From Pseudothermotoga sp. (GTDB taxonomy: Bacteria; Thermotogota; Thermotogae; Thermotogales; DSM-5069), in assembly GCA_031962025.1 (NCBI GenBank), contig JAVRKW010000005.1: a DNA stretch of 64,000 nucleotides; one strand, given 5' to 3'. Made by a program: the position numbers and the translations under genes. Below, one piece after another: positions 23,128-33,615 of the stretch (its first letter is position 1; each line of letters starts with the position of its first letter). The notes under the pieces are model-generated. The model saw only the letters and a list, made by a program, of their open reading frames with translations, had not been told where the DNA came from and ran no database searches.

Positions 23128-25590
23128 TCATTCCTTGACTGCCCCTCTTGTTAAACCGCTGACTAAATACCTTTGCAGAGACAGGAACAGTATCACCATC
23201 GGGAGCATGCCAAGCAATGCCGCAGCTGTGAATAATCCCCATTCTGTTTCGTATGGTCCAACTGCAAAAGCCTGAAGTCCGAGTGCGTATGTATAATTCT
23301 GAACATTCTGAAGGATTATTCTTGCCACCACATACTCGTTGAAAGTGCCTATGAAAACCAGCAAAAAGACAACGGTCAAAATAGGTTTTGCAAGTGGTAA
23401 AACGATCTTATAGAAACTCTGAAACCTTGTTGCACCGTCTACTATTGCAGCTTCCTCAAGAGAACTTGGAATAAGGTCGTAAAATCCCTTTATCAGGTAC
23501 ACATTGTAAGCTATGTTCGTCAGATAAGCGAAGATCAAACCACCGGGAGTATCCACTCCTAAAAATCCAATGTACTTGCCAAGGAAATTCAAAAGGTTGT
23601 AGATTGCAACCATGAAGATAACTCCAGGGAACATCTGAATCAACAAAAAACTCATTATTCCATACTTTCTCCCTGAAAATCTCATTCTGCTGAATGGATA
23701 TGCTGCTGTTGCACAAACACCTGTTGTTATCAACGCAACAATTAAGGAAATGATCACAGAATTCAATACCCATCTGAGAAAGTAATGTTTTGTCTTTTGC
23801 TTCCATATCTGGTCTATCCTGTAATATTCTTTGTCAATTTCTTTGAAGTCGCTTCTCAGATTTGAGAAAGGTATGAGACTCATCAAAACGCCGGCTTTTC
23901 TCATTACAACAGCTAAATCAGATCTCACCTTGCTAAAAAATTCCGATCTTGCTATGTCATCGAGCTTACTCAGGTGCTCCGATGTCACAAAAACACCGGA
24001 ATATGAGACAGCCAAAAGCTCGCGCCAGCTTTTTTCAAAATCATCCAGCAGATTTCTGGTCTTTTTCAACAAATCTTCAAGGTTCTTGGTGGTATTCTCA
24101 AATCTGGTTGAAAATGTCCTGTATTCTTCTATCCATTTCAAATCATCGATGGTCTTGCGCAGTTTGGTGTAAACTTCATCTTTTGATGTGTAAAGGTTCA
24201 TGAAATTCCTCAACCAGGTCATGAGAGATGAATACTTCAAAAGATCGGTTTTTCCAAAAGACGTAATGGCTTTAACAGTTGCAATCCTGCCATCGAGTTC
24301 AAATAAAAAGATCTTCAACTGGGCTGTTCTTCTGGCATCCTTGGTCTGGCTTTCGAGCAGATCAATCTTTTGCTGTACGATGAGTTTTTCCTGCTCAAGT
24401 AAATTCATTTGCCGTTTGATCTCTGTGAGTTTTTCATTCAAATCATGCAGGATAATTGCCTTTTCTTCTATGTTAGAAAGTGCAGTCTGTGTTTCATTCA
24501 AGGCTCTTTCCAATTTTGGCTGAATCTCTCTGTAGGCTTTGATAAAATCCGAATATGCCATCTTGAATTTGGCAGAACTATCAATATTTGTGATATCCTT
24601 CAAAATATCCGTTATTTTCTGTAGCGGTCTTTTTAGATCCGCATAATCGACCAGGTTTTCCAATTTCTGTTCAATTCCTTCAAGTTGCTCTATCGATGCA
24701 GAAACACTTTGCAAGAAAAATGTATCGTCCAGCGGAAAATCAGTTTTCATAAGGCTGTCTTTGATGGAATCTTTCAGATTTTTCAGATTTTCCAAGGAAT
24801 TGGACAGGGCATTCAACTCCGGCAGAAGGTCGTTTTTCAAAATCACATCGGTTTTCATAACCTGATCCTGTAACGGCTGGATTTGTTTTTTAATATCTGT
24901 AGAAGCTTTATCAAGTTGATCCAATTTCTGTGAAAGCTCAGCCAGATTTTTCAGATGATCTTTCATGTAAAGCTCGTAACTTTGCCTGAGTATCTCAAGT
25001 GCATTGTTGTAATCAGATACATCATTCACAGAAAAACCGACTATTTTTTGCAAATCTTCTTTGAACACCATGAAAATCGGTGAATTAAAGTTCTCTTTCG
25101 ATAGATACTCGTACAGCACTACTTTGTATTGATCATCAAAGCTGTCTTTGATCTCGCCAGAGATTGTTTTTTTCAATTCTTCAAGGTTGTTCAGAACAAG
25201 TTCTTTGGTTTTTTCGCTGTTTTTCTTTAAAAAATCATCGATTCTCTGGTAAGTTTCCTTAGCCACACTGTATTTTGAGGTTGTTTGTTGAAGATATTGC
25301 TCAAATTTTCCCAAGGAGTCTTCCATTCTTTTCTGAGCCTGATCAAAAGTCAGCTGGTTGAATGGCTTGGCTCTTGAGAGTATATTCTGCATTTCCTGCA
25401 CAAGAACGGGTATATTTCGTTCTGGTAGGACAAGATCTATGTAATTTTGTAAAGTCAAACGGCTTGAAAAAAGTTCACTCGAGAACGCCGCTTCGTCTCT
25501 TCTAAATGAAGTCGTCACTACCCACACGGTGGGAAATAGAATCACAGCAATCAAAAAAATCAAAACGGCATGGACAATGATCTTTTTCAT
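23128..25590 (-). CDS. malG: Sugar ABC permease (MalG-like) with ~540-aa helical insertion
   Basis: N-terminal TM, long helical region, C-terminal MalG core with LEEAAIVDGA. Confidence 0.88.
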   Translation of the reverse strand: MKKIIVHAVLIFLIAVILFPTVWVVTTSFRRDEAAFSSELFSSRLTLQNYIDLVLPERNIPVLVQEMQNILSRAKPFNQLTFDQAQKRMEDSLGKFEQYLQQTTSKYSVAKETYQRIDDFLKKNSEKTKELVLNNLEELKKTISGEIKDSFDDQYKVVLYEYLSKENFNSPIFMVFKEDLQKIVGFSVNDVSDYNNALEILRQSYELYMKDHLKNLAELSQKLDQLDKASTDIKKQIQPLQDQVMKTDVILKNDLLPELNALSNSLENLKNLKDSIKDSLMKTDFPLDDTFFLQSVSASIEQLEGIEQKLENLVDYADLKRPLQKITDILKDITNIDSSAKFKMAYSDFIKAYREIQPKLERALNETQTALSNIEEKAIILHDLNEKLTEIKRQMNLLEQEKLIVQQKIDLLESQTKDARRTAQLKIFLFELDGRIATVKAITSFGKTDLLKYSSLMTWLRNFMNLYTSKDEVYTKLRKTIDDLKWIEEYRTFSTRFENTTKNLEDLLKKTRNLLDDFEKSWRELLAVSYSGVFVTSEHLSKLDDIARSEFFSKVRSDLAVVMRKAGVLMSLIPFSNLRSDFKEIDKEYYRIDQIWKQKTKHYFLRWVLNSVIISLIVALITTGVCATAAYPFSRMRFSGRKYGIMSFLLIQMFPGVIFMVAIYNLLNFLGKYIGFLGVDTPGGLIFAYLTNIAYNVYLIKGFYDLIPSSLEEAAIVDGATRFQSFYKIVLPLAKPILTVVFLLVFIGTFNEYVVARIILQNVQNYTYALGLQAFAVGPYETEWGLFTAAALLGMLPMVILFLSLQRYLVSGLTRGAVKE

Positions 25591-27320
25591 CTTCCCACCT
25601 CTTCAAAAGCACCTGAAAATTTGAAATTGAGAAAACTTATCCCGCCAACGAGGAAAAATATCATTATAGAAATCGCGCTGGCAAAACCAAAATCCTGACC
25701 CCTACCACCTTCAAAGGCGAGTTTATAAACGTATGAAATGAGTATATCCGTATAACCAGTCGGAGTGGTCGAGCCGGGGATAGGTGGACCTCCTGCGGTT
25801 ATGAGATAAATTACAGTGAAGTTGTTGAAACTGAAAGCAAAACTGCTAACAAGCAAAGGTGCAATCACAGCCATTATGAAAGGAAGTGTGATGGCAGTGA
25901 ACCTTTTGAATTTTCCTGCACCGTCTATCATTGCAGCTTCATACATTTCAAAAGGTATCCCCTGCAATGCCCCCAAGGAAATCGTCATCATGTAAGGGAA
26001 AGTGAGCCATATATTCACAAGCAGAACCCCTATCCTTGCCCAGAGTGCATCGTTCATCCACCTGATTGGACTTATGCCGAATAACGGAAGCAAAAACTTG
26101 TTTATCACCCCATAACTTTCATTCAAAAGACCATTTTTCCACACAAGCGCCGATATAAAAACTGGTATAGCCCACGGTATTATGAGCAATGTGCGATAGA
26201 TATTCCTTGCTCTGAGATTTTTGTCGTTGAGAATTAGTGCAAAAGGCAGTCCAACAGCGAGAGATAAAACAACACTTAAAAGTGCCCAGACAAAGGTCCA
26301 GATAAATATCTGCAAAAACGGTCCAGAGACCTTCGGATCCTTCACAATTCTGAGAAAATTCTTAAAACCCACATAGTCTATGAATCCAATGAGAAAGACT
26401 TCTTCACCTTTTTCATTTTTGTCGTAGAAAGCACCTTCTTTTTCTATCACTCTGTTATTGGTTTTGTTGTTGTAAATCGTCATTCTCATCTTCATCTTTC
26501 CATCTTCAAAACTCTCATCATATCCCAATTGATATAGCCTTTCAATTCTCACAAACTGCCATTCTCCAAGAGAATTCACCCTGAGGGCATACCTTCTGTC
26601 CTGCTGATCGACAAAATCTGCCCTGTAAAGATAAAGCTGTGCTATTTTGCTTTTAAAGTATGGTGAGTTGGCTTGTAAAAGCTGATCTTGTGGAGAGTAA
26701 AATGCTTTATAGATTTTATCTTCAACAGTTATTATTCTCACATCCTGTAATTCACCGTACGGAACAAGATGGTAAGTTCGATCAGCTGTTTGAACATACT
26801 CGCCATCCAGTGGATATAAAACAGATTCACTCAAAAGCACTTCTTTGCCTTTTTTTCTTACCGGTTTTGGTCTTTCACCCAAAAATAATTTTCCATTCAA
26901 TTTGAACAGAATGAGAAAATCTTCCGTTGGTGTCATCCCATCGTAAACCACGAAAACTTTGTATTCATTAGTGTAATCTTCCTGTACTTCGTAGGTGTAG
27001 TTTGGATCGTACAAAAGCCTCTCTATCGCTTCTTGACGCGGCATGTAATGCCCAGTACCGTAATTGGTGAAAGCCACTTTCACAGTGAAATATATTGGAT
27101 ACAAAACCAAGATGAAAAGCAACACAAGAGCAGGCGCAATATATCTGTACGGATAGGCACGCGGATTGAAAATGAAAAAATCAATTAGAAACAGCAGTAT
27201 GAAAAACATTACACCCATTTCGTAATATGCATTTTGAATTAAAAAGCTTGCCCCCCAGAAGAAAAAGATGTTCATCAATACAAATAAACACCACAGAAAG
27301 AACTTGAACAGGTACTTCAC
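25587..27320 (-). CDS. malF: Sugar ABC permease (MalF-like, large periplasmic loop)
   Basis: AFTNYG, YEAAMIDGA, FNNF, TDILISYVYK; start GTG 27320 after GGAGGGA. Confidence 0.9.
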   Translation of the reverse strand: MKYLFKFFLWCLFVLMNIFFFWGASFLIQNAYYEMGVMFFILLFLIDFFIFNPRAYPYRYIAPALVLLFILVLYPIYFTVKVAFTNYGTGHYMPRQEAIERLLYDPNYTYEVQEDYTNEYKVFVVYDGMTPTEDFLILFKLNGKLFLGERPKPVRKKGKEVLLSESVLYPLDGEYVQTADRTYHLVPYGELQDVRIITVEDKIYKAFYSPQDQLLQANSPYFKSKIAQLYLYRADFVDQQDRRYALRVNSLGEWQFVRIERLYQLGYDESFEDGKMKMRMTIYNNKTNNRVIEKEGAFYDKNEKGEEVFLIGFIDYVGFKNFLRIVKDPKVSGPFLQIFIWTFVWALLSVVLSLAVGLPFALILNDKNLRARNIYRTLLIIPWAIPVFISALVWKNGLLNESYGVINKFLLPLFGISPIRWMNDALWARIGVLLVNIWLTFPYMMTISLGALQGIPFEMYEAAMIDGAGKFKRFTAITLPFIMAVIAPLLVSSFAFSFNNFTVIYLITAGGPPIPGSTTPTGYTDILISYVYKLAFEGGRGQDFGFASAISIMIFFLVGGISFLNFKFSGAFEEVGR

Positions 27321-27347
27321 AGGTTCTTCCCTCCATAGAGAATTAAA

Positions 27348-27365
27348 GCCCGGCACGAGCCGGGC
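27348..27365 (-). terminator. Intercistronic stem-loop after binding-protein gene
   Basis: GCCCGGC-4nt-GCCGGGC followed by TTT on minus strand. Confidence 0.65.
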
Positions 27366-27370
27366 ACAGG

Positions 27371-28546
27371 CTATTGTATCTGTGATTTTATTCTTTCAAC
27401 CGCTGTTTTGAGTGCTTCTTCGACAGTTGCTTTTCCATTAACAACCAGGTTCAGTGCATCGTTCATAGCACCCCAGACTGCTGCCATCTGCGGAATATTT
27501 GGCATTGGTACACCATTTGCGGCACTCTGAGTGAAAGCAACAACATCTGGATTGTCCTTCACAAGTTCCAATACATCTTTTCTTGCCGGCAATCTTGGAT
27601 CTCCCAGATACAGTCTGTACATGGTGTCTGTTCTTGCTATGAAATTGGTCAAAAATTCTTTTGCAAGGAGTTTGTTGGGTGATTTTGCATTTACCATGAA
27701 TCCCTGAACGCCCACAAATGGTTTTGCAACAAGATTTGCGTCGATATTTGGAATGACCGCGACACCGTAATCGATCCCGGCATCTTTGTAATCTTTAACA
27801 GCCCACGGACCATTGATTATCATCGCTGCCTTTCCTTCTTTGAACATGGAATCCATTATCTGGTAGTTATCGCTTGGATCGAGTATTTTCTCATCGACCA
27901 ATCTTTTGATGATACTGACCCCTCTGATCGCTCCCTGGTTTGCAAGACCAATATCCTTGGGATCTAATCCCTTTGGTGTTTCTTTAAAGACATATCCACC
28001 CGCTCCGAGAATGAATGGCACTGCGTAATAAAATTCAGTTGTAGAAGTGATAAGTCCCCTCACTTCTTTGCCAAATTCCTGGTCAATTTGTTTTGCAATC
28101 TGAATCATCTCATCTACTGTCTTTGGTGGATTTGGTACGAAGTCTTTGTTGTAGATGAGAGCAATCGCTTCGAGCGCGTAAGGCAACCCGTACAGTTCCC
28201 CACCGTAAGAAAATGCGTTTAGCCCTGTTTCATAGAACTGGTTGAGTTCTGGAAACTTTTGAATAGGTTCGATCAAGCCATTTACCACTAATTCTCCTAC
28301 CCAGTCATGTGCACCGACGATGATATCCGCACCCTGACCTTGTGGAGCAGCAGTCAGAAATTTGGGTTTGATGTCTGAAAAGTTCACATACTGAACCTCG
28401 ACGTCAACGCCGTACTTTGCTTTGAATTCTTCAGCAAGCTTCTGCAGAATATCCACCTGTTTTTCCGAACACCAGATAACCAGTTTAGATTGTGCAAAAA
28501 CAAAAATCGTACTAAAAACCAGGATCAGCAAGAGAAATTTCCTCAT
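27371..28546 (-). CDS. malE: Sugar ABC substrate-binding protein (MalE/CycB family)
   Basis: Signal peptide, GADIIVGAHDWVG, INGPW, PMPNIPQMAAVW. Confidence 0.92.
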   Translation of the reverse strand: MRKFLLLILVFSTIFVFAQSKLVIWCSEKQVDILQKLAEEFKAKYGVDVEVQYVNFSDIKPKFLTAAPQGQGADIIVGAHDWVGELVVNGLIEPIQKFPELNQFYETGLNAFSYGGELYGLPYALEAIALIYNKDFVPNPPKTVDEMIQIAKQIDQEFGKEVRGLITSTTEFYYAVPFILGAGGYVFKETPKGLDPKDIGLANQGAIRGVSIIKRLVDEKILDPSDNYQIMDSMFKEGKAAMIINGPWAVKDYKDAGIDYGVAVIPNIDANLVAKPFVGVQGFMVNAKSPNKLLAKEFLTNFIARTDTMYRLYLGDPRLPARKDVLELVKDNPDVVAFTQSAANGVPMPNIPQMAAVWGAMNDALNLVVNGKATVEEALKTAVERIKSQIQ

Positions 28547-28628
28547 AACCTGTTCACCTCCCCAAATTAAAGATTATCACAAATTTTTTAAGTCAAAAGC
28601 GAATTATCCAATGTACATACATGAAGCA

Positions 28629-31600
28629 CTAATTTTTGCGTTTTGTTGTAGAACCAAAGACTTCTGCAAGAGCAGGTACAACAAAGAGTGTGAACAGTGT
28701 TGTTATTATCAAGCCAAAGGCAATAACCCACGATATTGGTGACTCAAGCTCTGAACCCTCGTTTTTACTCAGAGCAACTGGTAGCAAGGCAATCACAGTT
28801 GTCAGGGTTGTCATGAGTATGGGTCTTAATCTCAAAGCAGCAGCTTCGACTATCGTTTGACGTAAAGATCTTTCTCTATCCAATCTCTGCCTGATGAATG
28901 ATATCATAACTATTGCATTGTTCACGACAACTCCTACCAGTGTCAGAGTGCCAACCAAAACAGGTAGATTCAGAACATAACCAAAGATCATCATAACCAG
29001 AGCAAGTGCTATTATCGCCACAGGAACCGTTGTGAAAATTATGAACGGTACTGTGAATGATTCAAACTGAGCACTTAAAATCATATAAACGAGTAATGCA
29101 GCTATGATTATAATCGTTTTGAATTCCTTTAGTAAAACGTCCAGGGAGTTCTTTTGACCACCAAAAGAGTAATTCACACCATTTGACGGTAATTTTTCAA
29201 TTGTTTTCTGTACCAGATCCGTAAGCTGTGAAACAGTGTAAGACGATTTGACAACATCCACATAGACCACTCTCTGACCATTCTTGTGTGCGATTGAACC
29301 GAGTGTTGTTCTCTTGCCAATCTGGCTAAGCACGCTCAATGGTAGCTCCTGTCCGCTGATATTTTTGAAAAGAATCTGGTTGATTTCATCAACTGTTTCG
29401 ACTTTTCCCGTATTCACATAAATAGGAAGTATTCCATAGTCTGTGTTCAATGTGCCAAATTGTTTTCCGACTGTGTAATATTGAAGGTCCATGAACAACT
29501 GTGCAGGTACCAAGCCAGAGAAAATCGACCTGGACCTGTCTATATCAACCAAAAGGGTTTCAACAGTAGCTTCACCTCTTATAGCGACTTCACCGACTTT
29601 CTGTCGCAAAAGTTCTTCTTTCAATTTATGTGCTGCGTCCATCAGTTTATCTATATCTTTTCCCGTCAGTTCAATGGTGAGAGGATAACCAAAAATCTCT
29701 GAAAGAAAATCTGTTTGACCAGCTTCAATCTCAGCTTCCTCTATCTTCAAAGCAAAGATGTCCTTGAGCAATCTTTCCTTGTTTTCAATGTATTCTGTTC
29801 TTTTGCCGTTGAACCAGATATTTATCGTGGCTTTGTCCTCGCTTGCACCGCCTATTATCTGTGAAAATTCGCTGGTGATACCCACATCAGAATAGACAGT
29901 TTGAATCTTGTATTCATTCTTTTTACTGAGAATGAACTCTTCTACCTGTTTTGCAATCTCTGCGGTTTTTTCATATCCAGCCTGGTTCTTCGCTTTCACG
30001 GTTATTGTCAGGGTATTGGTTGCAAAATCCGGAATAAAGCTCCTTGGACTGTTCAACAGATAATAGACTGAAAACACCACGCAAATTACTACCACCGTGA
30101 AAATTATCCATTTTCTGTCCAAGGCTCTGCTTAAAACCACTTTGTAACGCTCTCTTATGCGCTCAAAGCCCTGTATTCTCTTACTTTCTATCCATCTTGA
30201 TCCTGCTGGAATCAGTATTGATGCTACCAGAAGAGATGCTCCAAGAGACAGTGAAAGTGTTGCTGCAAAATACTTGAACATAGTTGCCGCAAAGCTCTCG
30301 GTGAAAAGCAACGGAACAAAAACTACAACTGTTGTTGCGGTAGATGCAAAGATGGCTCCGAAAACCTCTTTCGTACCCTTTGATGCTGCCTCGTCGTATG
30401 GTACACCATTTGATTTGTGTCTGTATATGTTTTCAAAAACAACGATCGCATTGTCCACCAACATACCAACAGCCATTGTCAATCCACCAAGTGTTAAAAG
30501 ATCAATATTTATTTTGAACAGATACATAAGTACGATTGCAACTATCAGTGAGATCGGAATACTTAAAGAGACAATCACCGTACTTTTTATGTCCAGCAAA
30601 AACACCATAACGACTATCGCGGCACCAATCAGTCCAAGTACCAGGTTTTTCAGCAAATTGTTGATGGCTTTCTCAGTGTACATAGACTGATCTATCAGTA
30701 CAGAATAAGGTATCTTCAATTCATCAAGGAGTTTTTTCACCTGTCTGACAGTGTTTACAGTGTTTGCTCCGGCTCTTTTTCTGATCGATATGACACTTGA
30801 TCTTTCGCCATCAACTCTCACCAATCCCCTTACCTGTTCGTCGACAGTCTGTATCTGTGCGATCTGTCCCAATCTCACCGGTACAAGGAGTCTGGGCATT
30901 TGCCCACTCATTGCCATCTGATAAGAAAGCCCGCGAAAACCCACTATCGCATTTTTCAGATCGTCTATGTCTTTAAACCTTCCATCAACCGTGACTGTAT
31001 AAACACTTCCTTTTTCATCTTTAAGCTGTCCCATTGGATAGACAGCGTTACCTGCCAGAAAGGTATCCAGTAAGGTGAGATCCAGACCAAAATCTTTTGC
31101 CTTTTGTTGATCTACGGTTACTTTTACGATTTTTCTGGGTTTTCCAAGATTCTCGACCCCCGCCACATCGGGCAGTCTCTTTATGCTGTCAATGAACTGA
31201 TCAGGATCGAAAGTTGTTGCGAAAACAAAGACCGGAATTATCGACGGATCAAATTCAACAACCGTCGGTCTGACCTGTTGTGATAAATCTGCCTGAGCTA
31301 TGTTCAGATATCTCTCAAGCCTTGAAGAAGCCGTCAGGACATCCACACCCCATTCATACTCTACGAGAATCAAAGATAGACCAGGCTGGGAAACAGAGGT
31401 GAAATTTTTCACGCCAGGTACGGTTGCTATGACTTTTTCAAGCGGTTCTGTTATCAATTGTTCCATCTCTTCAGTTCCCATTCCCATACACGTCGCGAAA
31501 ACAGCCGCATAGGGATACTCAAGTTGTGGCAAAAGCTCCACGTGCAGTTTTCTGAGTGCAATGATTCCTATCACCAGAACAGCTAAAAGAAGCATGAATA

Positions 31601-31640
31601 TTGCAATGGGTCTTCTTGCAGATTGTCCGGCAATATTCAC
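28629..31640 (-). CDS. RND (AcrB/SwrC-like) transporter
   Basis: RRPIA, GMLVDNAIVVFENI, AQFES, RLRPILMTT; 1003 aa. Confidence 0.93.
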   Translation of the reverse strand: MNIAGQSARRPIAIFMLLLAVLVIGIIALRKLHVELLPQLEYPYAAVFATCMGMGTEEMEQLITEPLEKVIATVPGVKNFTSVSQPGLSLILVEYEWGVDVLTASSRLERYLNIAQADLSQQVRPTVVEFDPSIIPVFVFATTFDPDQFIDSIKRLPDVAGVENLGKPRKIVKVTVDQQKAKDFGLDLTLLDTFLAGNAVYPMGQLKDEKGSVYTVTVDGRFKDIDDLKNAIVGFRGLSYQMAMSGQMPRLLVPVRLGQIAQIQTVDEQVRGLVRVDGERSSVISIRKRAGANTVNTVRQVKKLLDELKIPYSVLIDQSMYTEKAINNLLKNLVLGLIGAAIVVMVFLLDIKSTVIVSLSIPISLIVAIVLMYLFKINIDLLTLGGLTMAVGMLVDNAIVVFENIYRHKSNGVPYDEAASKGTKEVFGAIFASTATTVVVFVPLLFTESFAATMFKYFAATLSLSLGASLLVASILIPAGSRWIESKRIQGFERIRERYKVVLSRALDRKWIIFTVVVICVVFSVYYLLNSPRSFIPDFATNTLTITVKAKNQAGYEKTAEIAKQVEEFILSKKNEYKIQTVYSDVGITSEFSQIIGGASEDKATINIWFNGKRTEYIENKERLLKDIFALKIEEAEIEAGQTDFLSEIFGYPLTIELTGKDIDKLMDAAHKLKEELLRQKVGEVAIRGEATVETLLVDIDRSRSIFSGLVPAQLFMDLQYYTVGKQFGTLNTDYGILPIYVNTGKVETVDEINQILFKNISGQELPLSVLSQIGKRTTLGSIAHKNGQRVVYVDVVKSSYTVSQLTDLVQKTIEKLPSNGVNYSFGGQKNSLDVLLKEFKTIIIIAALLVYMILSAQFESFTVPFIIFTTVPVAIIALALVMMIFGYVLNLPVLVGTLTLVGVVVNNAIVMISFIRQRLDRERSLRQTIVEAAALRLRPILMTTLTTVIALLPVALSKNEGSELESPISWVIAFGLIITTLFTLFVVPALAEVFGSTTKRKN

Positions 31641-31661
31641 TTTCCCGCCTCCCTGCTACGA

Positions 31662-32336
31662 CTATTTCAAAGTCCCACCACACAATTGTATGACTATTTG
31701 TGCCCAGACTGTATTCAGATCAATCACATTGAGTCTGTGGCTTTTTGCAACCACCGGGAGCTCTGTACATCCTAAAAGCACATTTCCACCAAGAGCAGGC
31801 TCCACATCTTCATACCAGATTTTCTCTGCTCTGGAAAGTTCGCCGGCTTTTACAGAATAGATTATCTGCATCAGGTGGTCCTGTATTTTCGAATTTGGGA
31901 TGTGCAAGATCATTCCCGCCTTTTGTGCTGCCTTTTGATAAACACCGCTTTTTATTAAACCTTTGGTTCCTGTAAGCCAGGCTTCGTCAACTCCATCTTT
32001 TTTGAGCTTTTCCACGGCAAGCTCCGGTAGACTCAGTACTGGTATATTACTCTGCTCTCTCACTTTTTCAAGGAATGCGTGGGCTGTGTTACATATAAAA
32101 ACGGCAAAGTCTGCTCCAGCCAGTTCGAGTTTTTTGACAGATTCAACAAGGTAAGGTGTTGGATCTTCACCGCCGTAAAGAAGCGCTGCTGTTCTGTCAG
32201 GCACAGTTGTGTTGAAATCGACAATCATTCTTATGTGATCTTGATCTTTCTGGGCTTTTGTGTGTTCAACCACCTTCTGAAGAAAATCCACCGTTGATAG
32301 CGAGCCCATGCCGCCAACAATTCCTGCTATTTTCAT
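31662..32336 (-). CDS. Aspartate/amino-acid racemase (PLP-independent)
   Basis: GIVGGMG, CNTAH, LGCTELP; start ATG 32336 behind GAGGTGA. Confidence 0.9.
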   Translation of the reverse strand: MKIAGIVGGMGSLSTVDFLQKVVEHTKAQKDQDHIRMIVDFNTTVPDRTAALLYGGEDPTPYLVESVKKLELAGADFAVFICNTAHAFLEKVREQSNIPVLSLPELAVEKLKKDGVDEAWLTGTKGLIKSGVYQKAAQKAGMILHIPNSKIQDHLMQIIYSVKAGELSRAEKIWYEDVEPALGGNVLLGCTELPVVAKSHRLNVIDLNTVWAQIVIQLCGGTLK

Positions 32337-32349
32337 CTTTTCACCTCTT

Positions 32350-33582
32350 TTATCTGTAGACCGCCGGTGTACAGAAATTGATTGTGTATCCCTCGATCTC
32401 AAAAACCGCCTGTGCATAGTAAGCAACATGCCTTGATTGCGGTGGTTCAACCCAGATTGAGTATATACCATTCTCTGGCAAGACCGGCAATCTTATCCAG
32501 AGTGAACCCCTAAAGTCGGTTGTGTCTGAAACAGCTCTGTTGATATACACTTCTTTGATTTGATCATTGCCTTTGATGATTATCCTGCCATCTTCTATGG
32601 AAAACTCAAAGTCTGGCAGTTTATCACTTAACACGAGTCTAAGGAAAACAGCCGCATTTTCAACGACGTATGGCACGTTCTTGATGCCGTGCTTGTTGTT
32701 TGGAACGTACAGTATGTAGTTCTTTGCTGGTAGATCAAAAAAGTACAGATTGCTCGAATATATGGTCCAGTACTCATCATTTGTGGCATTTATTATGTAT
32801 TTTGGCATGGTGAGTTTTTCTCTGTAAGTGTAAGGATCGACCATTCTCAAAAGTTTTTGACCTTCCTCTGTCTGCACCATCTGTGGCAGACCTCGTCTGA
32901 CATAAGGTCCTATACTCTCGCTGTAATTTCCATACATCTTCAACTGCTGCTCAAATTGCTTTGGAAAATTCAAATTGTCAAAGACTATCGGTGCTATTGC
33001 AAAAACACGGCTGTCAACCGCGGCAGTTAACCACGTAGTCCATCCTCTTTTGGAAGCGCCTGTTACGAAAAACTTTTTTACATCGAACAATTGCTCTATT
33101 ACATCCATTGCTCCGACAGCCGCTGTTGTCATTGGAAACAAAAGTGGCAGAGTGGGATCTTTTGTTTGCGTGTACTGCAAGAATGTGTGAGCTATCAGAT
33201 CATCTTCTTTCAAGCCGTAAATGGGTTGATTTGGTACATCTCCAAGAACGGCAAAAAGACAGGAGAATTTTTCTGCAATCCACAGGTATTCTTCAACATC
33301 CTCTAATTTTCCTGGATCAAAGTCTCCTGTGATAAACAAAACAGCCACATCTTTGAATGACAGTTCACTTGGCTGAACAATCAAAAGATCGTGAACCCAG
33401 TCGATGCCCTGCCAGTTCTGACTTTTGAATATCACATGGGTGATCTCAATTCCCTTATCTGTTGTTTTCTGATAAGCGATTTTATAGTCAATATCTTTGT
33501 GGTTTATCACGTAGTTTTCTAATTCTTGAGAAAAAGAGAGCATTGAAATCACAGCAAGGAAAAACACAAAAGTTTTTTTCAT
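32350..33582 (-). CDS. PqaA-family (PhoPQ-activated) secreted alpha/beta hydrolase-like protein
   Basis: SQNWQG, VPNQP, EDDLIA, GASKRGWTTW, NATNDEYW; start ATG 33582. Confidence 0.85.
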   Translation of the reverse strand: MKKTFVFFLAVISMLSFSQELENYVINHKDIDYKIAYQKTTDKGIEITHVIFKSQNWQGIDWVHDLLIVQPSELSFKDVAVLFITGDFDPGKLEDVEEYLWIAEKFSCLFAVLGDVPNQPIYGLKEDDLIAHTFLQYTQTKDPTLPLLFPMTTAAVGAMDVIEQLFDVKKFFVTGASKRGWTTWLTAAVDSRVFAIAPIVFDNLNFPKQFEQQLKMYGNYSESIGPYVRRGLPQMVQTEEGQKLLRMVDPYTYREKLTMPKYIINATNDEYWTIYSSNLYFFDLPAKNYILYVPNNKHGIKNVPYVVENAAVFLRLVLSDKLPDFEFSIEDGRIIIKGNDQIKEVYINRAVSDTTDFRGSLWIRLPVLPENGIYSIWVEPPQSRHVAYYAQAVFEIEGYTINFCTPAVYR

Positions 33583-33615
33583 ATCACCACCTCCTTTATA
33601 AATTATCACACAAAA

